Shown here: positions 50,372 to 61,749 of the stretch, piece by piece | How positions within the stretch are numbered: the stretch's first letter is position 1 | Layout of the letters: each line of letters starts with the position of its first letter | Source: Octopus vulgaris | Taxonomy: Eukaryota | DNA length: 64,000 nt | Direction: 5' to 3' | NCBI GenBank assembly: GCA_951406725.2 | Contig: OX597818.1 | Coordinates: forward strand, 61,504,001-61,568,000 | Program-made: the position numbers and the translations under genes | The notes under the pieces: model-generated | Database searches by the model: none | Seen by the model: the letters and a program-made list of their open reading frames with translations, nothing else | Told to the model about the DNA's origin: nothing

Positions 50372-52160
50372 TTCATTATGCTTATCTTCATAACATTCAG
50401 CTGTATTTAATGCAGAAATTGGTTGATACACATCCTCACTAAAATCTGTTCCCTCAATCAATATACTAAATTACAAGCCAATATCAAATGTTACTAGTGT
50501 CAATGACAGATAGCTCTCATTATTCAGCACATATCTATATTAAAACCATATTCTATCTTTCACTTTGTCTTTCCTTGCTTACCTCCCGGCATCAACCGCG
50601 GCTTTATATGCTATCATGAACAAGAACAATCTAATGGAGTGGTCACACTAAAATAAAACTGATAAGAGCAAAGAAGACTACAAATCTTGTAAGGCTGCCT
50701 CTCATCTGCTGTCAAAATAATTCATAACACAAAAGGGTATTCAGTGATAATAGGCTTAGACAAAGGCTTCATGTATTTCTGACCACCCATCCATGCCGGC
50801 AATAAAAGATGGATGTAAAACCCATGATAATATATTATAAAATTCTACAGCCTTAAATTACATTAGTAGACATTTGCTTTTATATTAGAATGATTACTTT
50901 ATCATAAAATACTGATGTTTACTGTGTGCAATAGTTGGGTGTAATTTTCTGCATATAATAATCTGCATAAATTTTCACCATAAGTGGGATTTTATTATTT
51001 TTTTTCGTTTTGACCACCTACATTTAAAGCACCTGAGTTTATTTGTTACTTCATAATGTTCTTAAAAATATCAATATTTATGACCAGTAGATATGAATAC
51101 CAGATTCACAGAAATGGCAGCATATGTCAATGTTGATAGAACAAACTGTAACTATGGCTTGGAATCTGAACAACAGCCACCAAGTTACTGATGGATGCTA
51201 TAGTTCTACTGATGGGTGAGATTGTTCTCAGCAGTTCATACTGTCAAAATTGCATGGTATTTACTTACTTTTGACACAGTTGCTCATATCTAAAAATCCA
51301 TTTCAAAACACACTCACACATTTTTCATAGAATTACAGGTTCTAATTACAGGTTTTCTGAAATCTCCTCTCTGCATAAATGATCCTATGTTGACATGGTC
51401 ATTAAACCTTGTATATTCATCCTTCTTTCACCTTTACAAACCAGCAACAATAATATACACAAGTTATATTTTCATATCTTATTTCCTGTTAGATATGATT
51501 AAATTACTTCACAAATTCTTAAGACAAGTCATATGTTACACCCACCCCCCCATACACACGGTGTTAAGTAGTAGGGTCCTCATAGCACTGACATCAGCAA
51601 GTCTATTATTTGCACATTTTGATGCTGGTTAATTCATACTCAAAACCAAGACAAATAATCATTGAAGATGAGAAACGAAACTGGTTCTGAAATTAAGACA
51701 ATTTAAACACCTAAAAAGGCTGACAGCAATTCCAGAAATAAGCACTCATTTTCCAATATGACATGCTGCATTTCAAAACAAGGGAGTCACAATGAACAAA
51801 CAGCTGATGACGAAATGAAAATTCATATTTTGGTATAGTGTTCAGTTGTATTTTTGTTCAAATACCTGGACAGAATCCATTTCATATAGAAAGCAAAAAC
51901 AAAAATGAAACGAAAAAAAAAAAGATAGGGGCGGGTGCATGTGATGAATAAGCCAAGCAACTGGATGCCAGTTGTTTACAGAATGAGTTTTACTAAGTCC
52001 AGGGTTCCGTAAGCTCTCCTAAAGGAACAACCCATGAGCACTGAACTGTTCTTCTCTACAAGAATACACAATCATGCAACAATATTACTCTCCTGCCTCT
52101 TGTGCCTCTTACACCTACTTCTCTCAGAGATCAGTTAAAAAATTCATAAGTTCTTAGCAT

Positions 52161-52325
52161 AGACGCAGGAGTGGCTGTGTGGTAACTAGCTTGTTTACCA
52201 GCCACATGGTCCCGGGTTCATTCCCACTGCATGGCACCTTGGACAAGTGTCTTCTGCTATAGCCTCAGGTTGACCAAAGCCTTGTGAGTGGATTTGGCAG
52301 ATGGAAACTGAAAGAAGCCTGTCGA

Positions 52326-52373
<48 letters not shown>

Positions 52374-52556
52374 TTGTGTGTCTGTGTTCCCCCAGCATTG
52401 CTTGACACCCAATGGTGGTGTGTTTACGTCCCCATAACTTAGTGGTTCAGCAAAAGACACCGATAGAATAAGTACTAGGGTCGATTTTCTCGACTAAAGA
52501 CAGTGCTCCAGCATGGCCACAGTCAAATGACTGAATCAAGTAAAAGAGTAAAAGAG
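52161..52556 (+). mobile_element. SINE family A
   Basis: agacgcaggagtggctgtgtggt head, gggttcattccc B box, internal TA/TG tract, ~20-bp deletion before gtcgatt, 3' gtaaaagagtaaaaga. Confidence 0.92.
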
Positions 52557-52766
52557 AGATAAAGATTTAGTAGCTGCTGATTGGGTAGAAGAGAAATATT
52601 AATAAAACAACTTAGGTAGCAGAATTCATCTGTTGCCCTGATCAAGGCTGCGGCCTGGTCATAAAACACCTTCAGTGGTATTTGGATCTGGTCTCCAATC
52701 TGAAGGTAACTTGTTCAAATCCTCACAAAAGTTTTATATTGTATTATAGGCACAGCTCTTCCTCCT

Positions 52767-52771
<5 letters not shown>

Positions 52772-52803
<32 letters not shown>
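52772..52803. repeat. (GT)n microsatellite
   Basis: Direct reading. Confidence 0.95.
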
Positions 52804-52804
<1 letters not shown>

Positions 52805-53364
52805 ATATATACACACATACAAAATCATTTATCCTCTCAATACTAATGCTAAGGTATCTGAAAGCCTGCAACTAAAATGTTTCCCCTCCATGCATACATG
52901 GCTGAGCCAATGACCTACTTGTATATTTTCGCTTTCATATTCCTATTATCAACCAGATTTCTTTGAAGAATATTATATTCTATAAAATGATTGTAATGTA
53001 TTTTTAAAGAATGATCACTTATGTTTGGAATTATATCCAGTCAAGTAAGATAAATTGAAACGTAAATGGAGAATTAAATTGTTAATTATTCTAGGCAATA
53101 CAACCATTATCCACAACAGAATCCCTCTTATAAGCAACAGATTTCGTCTGAAAACTCTTCTTTATGTTAAAATATGTTTAACTGTTAGTGTTCTATTTAG
53201 CAAGATATATTGCATTCTTGCTTCTTATAATCCACACATAATATAACACAAATAATCTTTTAAGTTACAACCTGACTGTTTACAATTGCAAATTTGTAAA
53301 TAGTTATTTTGTGAAGCTTTGTATAGATATTTTCATTTTGACATCACAAAACAGTATAGCTTAC

Positions 53365-53411
53365 TTTTTGAATTATTATATATATTTTTTGAATTATTAT
53401 ATATATTTTTT
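53365..53411. repeat. 21-bp tandem duplication
   Basis: tttttgaattattatatatat occurs twice. Confidence 0.85.
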
Positions 53412-54804
53412 ATTCATTTTCTTGCAGAATTTTAAAAGAAAAACAGTTTATTTCATTGTACATTTTACAGTTTTCTATTCATATAAATAAAAAAAAGAAG
53501 AAAAAGAATTGGCCACATTATGCCATAGATGTATCATTTATTTCTTAGTAATTCTAGTGTTTATTCAGAATTTTCTCAAGAAAATAGTTTTAACTGTCAT
53601 TTTGTTCTCACTAAATGCATCCTCTAAAACTCACTATGACAACTTATTAGATGTCATTCAGTTGAAAATTTCAACAATCAAATGTATCTATCTTCCATTC
53701 TGCTCCAATCTGTTTGACAGATAAATTATTTTCTACTCGCTTTTTAACAACTTTATTCTATTTTTAATATTAAATCTAATAATATAAAAAGAAAATTCAT
53801 AAATAAATAAAACTTCTCTGTTGCATTAAGATTGTTACTGTTGACTATATTTTTATAGGCAACAATAAATCTAACACAATAAACCATTCCAAAAGAATAT
53901 TCTTCTGCAAGTTGGAACTTTTTTCCCAATATTCATGAACCTAACAAATTTTATAACATATTTTCTCACCTTTTGTATGCCTTCATTGCTGTGAATATTG
54001 TGTTTAACTTGGGAAATATTTTATTCTGTCTGTGATTCTTCATTAATCAACAATCAAATTTCCAGCCACATTAATTAAGAGTTATTTGAGCAAACAGCTA
54101 AATGAAATTGTTAATATTTATTAAATAAAACCGAGAGAAGAGCAGCTAGCAAGTAACCAGTTTCAATCGTTGAAGAACACAAATGTGTTAATTGGATATC
54201 TGCTATACTGATAATCTAAAAGAGTATAGAATCAGAAAAAAAGGTAAGTTGTAGAAATTGTCCAACTTAAGCCATTATTTCACATTAGTGACCATTAACA
54301 GAATAATTACCACAAAAGATAGTGTTTAGATGCGCAATCTGTATCTTCAAGTGTATGCATGATTGATTTTTCAGCCAAAATAAAGATAACAGCAGTTGCT
54401 GGTGCGAATCCTCTTCATAATTATGAAATAACACATGTTGTGAAGAAATAAGGAATAGCAACAGCCAATACATTGAGTGAATTTTTGTTCTAAGAAATAC
54501 AAAATTTTACACTCTAGGTTCTTAATGATGATTCACTAAACCAGCAATGCTAAACACTTAAAAATGATAATTGAAAGAGATAAAGCAATCATCAGGGTAA
54601 ACGAGTTACTCCTATTCCTGTCATCACTTTCCTCTTCCTTATTAATTTAATCTGATTCACATACTTTTGTTTCAGTTTGATAAATAGAGCTAAAGCTAAA
54701 AAAACTATTTCCAGAGCTTTTCACTTCAGTTAAGATATTAAATATAGAATGGATTCCTTTAAAATTAGGAACTAGCATAAGTAATTGCAAAATAAGGTAC
54801 ATCT

Positions 54805-55208
54805 TTTTCTTTACTACCCACAAGAGGCTAAACACAGAGGAGACAAACAAGGATAGACAAATGGATTAAGTCGATTATATCAACCTCAGTGCATAACTGG
54901 TACTTAATTTATCGACCCCGAAAGGATGAAAAGCAAAGTCGACCTCGGCGGAATTTGAACGCAGGCAAAATACCTATTTCTTTACTACCCACAAGGGGCT
55001 AAACACAGAGAGGACAAACAAGGACAGACAAAAGGTTTAAGTCGATTATATTGACCCCAGTGCGCAACTGGTACTTATTTAATTGTCCCCGAATGGATGA
55101 AAGGCAAAGTCGACCTTGGCAGAATTTGAACTCAGAACGTGACAGCAGACAAAATAACGCTAAGCATTTCGCCCGGCGTGCTAACATTTTTGCCAGTTCG
55201 CCGCCTTG
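54805..55208 (-). mobile_element. SINE family B dimer
   Basis: Junction aaaatacctatttc near 54968-54980; TSD aaataaggt(a/t)catct at 54790-804 and 55209-223. Confidence 0.92.
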
Positions 55209-55715
55209 AAATAAGGTTCATCTAACATTACAAATTTGGCAGTGGCAGTAACTTATGTATTGAGAAATAGGATCATATGCTCATATATCTAAGCAGGCCA
55301 GTGACAGTAAACTCTCATTTCAGAGTGGCAATGGAAACCTGCCAAACAATGTGCTGCATTTCAGTCAATGCTGCAGTTCAAATACAAAAGAGAGAGAACA
55401 CAGCCTTGACAGGCACCTAAACAAACATTTTTAATGACTCACTTTCCTTGACACGACTTACCTTTGCTCATGTGGAGCTGCAGTGTCCACTAATGACATT
55501 CTGCAGTTTGCTAGGTAGTCAATCTGTCATCAGGAAATCCCAGGGCATGCTGTATTCAGTAGAATAAAAGCCTGCTGCGAAATTCACAAAGCATGGAATA
55601 ATTCACTGTTAGTAATTCCACAGTTGTTCTAGAATCCTCCTCAAAGAGAAAATTTCATCTATGCAGCCTGGATGCTAACTAAACCTACACTGAATTGGTA
55701 GTATACATAAATCAT

Positions 55716-56321
55716 TATTAAGACGGTGAGCTGGCAGAAACTTTAGCATGCCGGGCGAAATGCATAGCCGTATTTTGTCTGCTGTTACGTTCTGAGTTCA
55801 AAATCCGCCGAGGTCGACTTTGCCTTTCATCCTTTCGGGGTCGATAAATAAAGCACCAGTTACACACTGGGGTCGATATAATCGACTTAATCAGTTTGTC
55901 TGTCCTTGTTTGTCCCCTCTGTGTGTAGCTCCTTGTGGGTAGTAAAGAAATAGGTATTTCGTCTGCCGCTACATTCTGAGTTCAAATTCCGCCGAGGTTG
56001 ACTTTGCCTTTCATCCTTTCGGGGTTGATAAATTAAGTACCAGTTACGCACTGAGTCGATATAATCGACTTAATCTGTTTGTCTGCCCTTGTTTGTCCTC
56101 TCTGTGTTTAGCCCCTTGTGGGTAGTAAAGAAATAGGTATTTTGTCTGTCGTTACGTTCTGAGTTCAAATTCTGCCGAGGTTGACTTAGACTTTCATCTT
56201 TTCAGGGTTGATAAATTAATTACCAGTTACACACTGGGGTCGATATAATCAACTTAATCCGTTTGTCTGTCCTTGTTTGACCTCTCTGTGTTTAGCCCCT
56301 TGTGGGTAGTAAAGAAATAGA
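55716..56321 (+). mobile_element. SINE family B trimer
   Basis: One head; bodies start at 55769, 55953 and 56136; TSD tag(t/c)atacataaatcat at 55699-715 and 56322-338. Confidence 0.93.
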
Positions 56322-56855
56322 TAGCATACATAAATCATGTTGAAATCTCCATAGTATGAATGCCAGTGAATATTTTGGTCACAATGTCTATCGCAGTTAA
56401 ACCCCAGTAGCTACTGCAAGAACATGCATGACGCTCCTTTTGAAGAAAGGGAAGAGAACTGCAACACTATCTAGTTTGTAGGGGATTTGATGCCTCAGAC
56501 ATGCTGCATCCTGAGAACTAAGACAATCAAATAGACTTTGAGACCTTAGCAGGTAGACTAACAATGATTAGTGCAAGTAGACAGAATATGAAAGAGTAAA
56601 CAGTATTAAGTGTATTCACGGACAGTTAGTGGATAAGTTATGATCACTCCGCTGACTGAGGCAATCATCTGAGTTCAAATAGTTATGCCTTGAACACAAA
56701 GGATCAACTTGCTGTTTGTGGATCGATTTTAAAAGCCGGTACATTTTTCTTCCTTTTTAATCATTGATGAAATCTGTGTGCTCCAAATCTCAAGTAACAG
56801 TATCATTTTCATCAGAACAGCAGAAAGAGACCATCTCTATTGTAAGTAGTTAATA

Positions 56856-57332
56856 TTAGGCTGGGGAAAAGGTTTGTGCGCCGTGTTAAATAATTTTTTT
56901 TTTTTTATATGATGCACTCAATTGAGTCTACGATGCACTGGTTGAAGGATACCCAAGACATGTTTGTTGGAAACGAACTTTGTTTCAACAAGACATTGCA
57001 AAGCCGCATACCACCAGAAAGACCAGCAACAAGATTAAAGAATTGGACGGTGTGGAAGTTCCACCACATCCAGCCTATAATCCAGACGTTGCTCCATCTA
57101 ACTATGCTTTCTTCCAATCAATGCAGCACTTTATGAAAAGGCCACCGATTTGAGTCATTTGATGAAGTTGAAGCCTGTCAAAAATTCTTCAATTCAAAGC
57201 TGAGAGCTTGCAGATCATTGGCAGATGGCCGTAGAAAATGATGGTCTTTATTTTGAAGAATAGTTGCTGTTTTTGAATGAATTCTCACATCATTATTCGA
57301 ACAAGGTGCACAAACTTTTTCTTCCAACCTAG
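56856..57332 (+). mobile_element. Internally deleted mariner element with both TIRs and the transposase C-terminus
   Basis: LFQQDIAKPHTTRKTSNKIKELDGVEVPPHPAYNPDVAPSNYAFFQSMQHFM (~QDNARPH...HPPYSPDLAPSDY.LF.SM.H); TIRs ttaggctggggaaaaggtttgtgcgcc / ggtgcacaaactttttcttccaacctag; 5' TA. Confidence 0.88.
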
Positions 57333-57399
57333 CAGTTAGCAGCAGTACCACTATTTCATGCATGATTTAGATCTCTTAAGGAGCTTGATTGTACTACCC

Positions 57400-57700
57400 A
57401 GTATCTAGGTTTCTTGGTTATACTTGATAAAGCCTACTTCTTCAGTTGTAACTTCTTGCAAGTGATGTCTGAAGTCATGCAATTCAGTTTCTGTTGTCGC
57501 TTTGATATGACATTGCATATTCAACTTGTTGAAGCAGTTTTGCAATTTCAGTTGGAACTGCGTGTCAATATCATTGCTGTTTAGCTTTGTAATGTATTTC
57601 AGTAATCTTTTTTTATGGCTGCCTTTAAACACAAATCAATATGCATTTGCTGTCCATCTGTGATCACTAAGCACGGTCAACTTCTGTGAGCTTAGTGGTT
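57400..57700 (-). pseudogene. Decayed RTE/BovB-like endonuclease-RT linker region
   Basis: LSDH motif followed by KL....FQLKLQNCFNKL...FRHHLQEVTTEEVGF (~F.LEL.NRF..L...E..EVLG). Confidence 0.5.
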
Positions 57701-59447
57701 GCACCGGTTCAAGTTACTATGAACTGAATATCAGTACAATATATAAACAGGTATAGTTATTCTGACTTATACCTTTCTTTTGTTTTAAATCCAAACTTAA
57801 GTGAAGCCCTCATTTATCACATCATACAAATATTGCTTCTCTACAGCATTATACTAAGTAGCAACCATTAAGGGCTGTAAATATAGTTTTGCTTCCATTA
57901 CAATTTTTAAGAAATTTTAATAATCCTAAAGTTAGAAATTACTCTAAGAATACAAAGATATCAGGAATATTAATTACATGAGAACCTGTAAAGTCCATAA
58001 GTATTTCAGTGAGTCTGATTCTCAGGAATTAGTCCATAACAACCTAAATTAATGGATTTCACTGAAATGCGGTTCCCAATATTGATTCAAGACTCATTTA
58101 TCTATTTGGTTATTATAAAGTACAGTTTCTGATAGTAAGTACACACTTTTACAATAGCATTCATTTTCTGCTCGCTAGTTTCAGCTCGATAATGTCCTGA
58201 TACATTCTACCAAGCCAGCTCTTCGAAGTCTCCAAAAACAGGAATAACACAGTTTACAGAAATGAAATGACAGCCATGTACTCGTGTGAAATTTAAACTC
58301 AGGTTGTGTAAACCTGTAACCTGAAAGTATTGTGTGACACTACTAATTCTGCAATAAATATTATAAAACCGACAGCACTTGGGGAATAGAAGACAGAACA
58401 ATACACAGGATGTTAATTACAGAGATTCATTTGAAAGCAATTATGAACTGGCTTTCAAAACCAGCAAGTCTACATATTTTTGCAATTTCTTAAAGCTCTA
58501 CTAATGGGAAAAATAGACAAAAATATTGGTAATTTGTCAACTCCTGCCAAACAATACCTAAAGGCATTAACAGTGAACCATCCCCGAAGACATGATAGCT
58601 AACTACTTATCAAATACTGGAAATTTGTCATAAAAAGCTAATATAAAGGAATGTAAAATAGTAAATGAATTATATATTTCGCGTGGAAGTATCTTTAGAA
58701 TTATAAGCGTAATATTTAAAATGCAAATTATTCTTGGGAAAAAATGTGTCTGCATCACTGTTATTGGCAGCATTTAGAATGGATACAATACATAATTATT
58801 TTAATTGTATGTCAATTAGAAAAACTAATAGAAATTGGAATCTAAATTTATAAAACAAGAAATAGCAATGAACAAAGTTATTTCCAAGGAGTTTATTATA
58901 AAATATATTGTGGTTGTTCTTGATTTACATAGGTTAAATACACACATACTTTATACTAGGATGATGATGATGATGATCATAAAAGAAAGTTATAAATCTA
59001 TGAATTAAACATTTTTTTAATGAATTAATAATGTAGCTCTTTCTGTGCATATACTATTCACCATGTGCACACACTGTTCATTAGTTCATTGTGTGAGTTT
59101 GAAATTGAAACTAAGAATATTTTAGTATTTAATAGATTTGGAGAATTGCAGTTGAATATAATTGATAGTCATAACATGCATGCTAGTAATAAGTCAAATG
59201 TGGATTAAATACTAATGACAATTTGCAAATCTCTCCTTTACTCCTTTTAAACAAACTTTCTATAATACTTTGAAATCATTAATTCAAGTCTTTAGTTAAA
59301 AGAAAATATATTTTGTAGAACTTCTATAAAATTCGATTTACGAAAACCACAAGTATATTTAAGTATAATATTTAGCATTTCTGAAGTATTTAAATGTTAA
59401 TTTAAAGAAAAGAAAGAAAAAATTTAGCACTGGTTAATTTTCTTTCA

Positions 59448-59584
59448 GGCGTTAGGAAGGGCATCCAGCTGTAGAAACTTTGCCAGATCAGATTGAGCCT
59501 GGTGCAGCCTCTGGCTCACCAGTCCTCAGCCAAACCCTGTCCAACCCATGCCAGCATGGAAAGCGGACATAAAGCGATGATGAT
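59448..59584 (+). mobile_element. RTE LINE 3' end (family C), short
   Basis: ggcgttaggaagggcatccagctgtagaaac...ccatgccagcatggaaagcggac, GAT tail. Confidence 0.88.
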
Positions 59585-60535
59585 CTTTCCCTTCAACGTC
59601 TTCAGTTCTCTACTAGTTTTTTGTTCTTGTGTTGCTGAAATAAGTACCGTGAATATGCTAGTTTGGATTGACACAATCATTCCAGGCAATTCAAAAGAAA
59701 CCAAAATGAATATTAGATCATATTTTCTAATCCATGCACACACACAGTGAGGAGTAAAATTCCATTTGCTAAAAGCTGAGATGGTTTAAATGAACACTCA
59801 TCCTACCATGTGCATGTGTGACATAACAAAAACAATACAAACAAAATTGATAGCGCAATTGTACATATCTAACTCTGAAACTACAAGTATGGATGGGGAA
59901 GGAGTGTTACTACATCACTAAAGGTACCGAACCTTATCAACATGTCAGTGAATGCTGGCAATGAAGCAGATTCTAGCAAGTCTTAAACGGCTCCAAGATT
60001 TAGTGGGTAAAGACAATAGCAAAAGAATTTAAAATAAAGATGTTTTCAACCAGTGGTTAAATGAACTGATCCATATAACTGACTAAAATTTATTGATTTT
60101 GCTGACATATAGCCTAAAATAATGTTAACATCACAGCCTACTCTCCTTTAACAGTACAAATGCAATTACTATTCTAGCTTATGCTCCTCTGGACCAGCCA
60201 CTTGCATCTCTTCTTAACTGAGGCCCACTCAATATATCTCCATCTTTTTCTCTCATCATCTCAATGTTTCCTGCCCAAGATCCTAAAGTATATCACTTCC
60301 CAAATTCTACCCCTTGAAAAAAAAAAAAAAAAAAACCTATAATTCCTGACATTTGCATTTTTTGTCTTAGACATTCAAATTGAACACCAACTGTATCAAT
60401 TTCACTAGTCTGAAATGATGCACGACAGACACGTTTCACTGCACAACCTCAACTGATTGACTAAAAGAAAGAAGACAGGATTTGCGTAACACCAAAATAT
60501 GAAACCTCTCTACCTCAACTCTAATAACTTTGAAA

Positions 60536-60923
60536 TCTTTATATATAAAAGTCAAGTTGTGCTGTCTGTCTCCTACGATTTAGATTCCTAACTACTCCCA
60601 CATTTTGCGGTGCAGTTTAACCAAAACCGGGTATCTTGTAGTCGTGATTCATATCGAGCACTTCTGGGTATTAGCGCATGTCTACGATGAGTCTACGATT
60701 TAAAAAAAAATTTACCATCATTTTTTTCCATTTTAATGCATTTTTTCGCTATTATATAAGGGAAGTAACTCTCTAAAAATGTCTACGATGAGTCAACAAT
60801 TAAAAAAAAAATTTACCATCATTTTTTTTCCATTTTTTTGCTATTTTTTGGCTATAACTCTCTAAAAATGCTTATATAGTTATTTCCCTTACAAACCCGA
60901 GCAACGCCGGGCGATACTGCTAG
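60536..60923 (+). mobile_element. Non-autonomous Helitron
   Basis: Inserted between A and T; 5' TC(tttatatataaaa); subterminal hairpin cccgagcaacgccggg; 3' CTAG at 60920-23; no TSD; internal ~60-bp duplication (60678-735/60779-838). Confidence 0.88.
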
Positions 60924-61695
60924 TAATTAATAAAGTATAATGAACGTAAAGCAAAGTTGAGGAGTTACATTTGAAGTAATCATCAAACAAAACATTTATG
61001 CTTGTTATCTAAACAGAAGAGATCAATGTTTATTCAGCAATATCTAATCTCTCCTCTTAACAAACAAACACACACATATCTAATTCTATTTACATAAAAT
61101 TTTGAATATTTGTTCATTTTCTTCCAATAAGTATGTGATTCGACATTTAAGTATGTGTATGCTAGTTTTGCACATATAACTCTTTAGACATAATTTCCTA
61201 GGTAGCAATCAATCGAGCCTGGAATTTGAGAACACTACACAATACCTGTTTATTTTGGCTCAGCTTGAAGTTAACCTCCAGTGACATTTCCAGTAACTTT
61301 TAGTAGTCCAGCTGTACTCATTAAAATAAAGATAGCTGTCAGTTCCACACTTATCCCCAGCGCAAGATTTCATAAAGGTAATTTTCATAATATTGATTTT
61401 AAATGATATAAAAACACACGTTTTGAAAGGACATATGAAGAATTTATTCACAATGTGAATCATTGATAATGGCAGAGCTAAACTGAACAGAATCACTGAC
61501 TATAGGTCATTTTTAACCACTTCATGTAAAAAATTAGTTTTATTAAAAAAACAAAAAAAAAAATGCGTTTTCCAAGATTACAAATTGTATAAGAATTCAA
61601 TTTTCCTTTTTTTCATGGGAAACCAATAATCATCATATTGTGAATATTAACGTCTCTAGTAGAAATGAACAATGTTTTACTCTTGTGTTGAAGCT

Positions 61696-61749
61696 TTTTA
61701 TCATCTATTTTCCATCTATTTTCCATCTATTTTATCATCTATTTTCCAT
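61696..61749. repeat. 11-bp minisatellite (catctattttc, ~4.5 copies)
   Basis: Direct reading. Confidence 0.85.

Noticed and set aside
55455-55510. Minus-strand donor AAG|GTAAGT suggesting an exon
   Set aside because: Weak acceptor, no recognisable peptide, and the signal is expected by chance.
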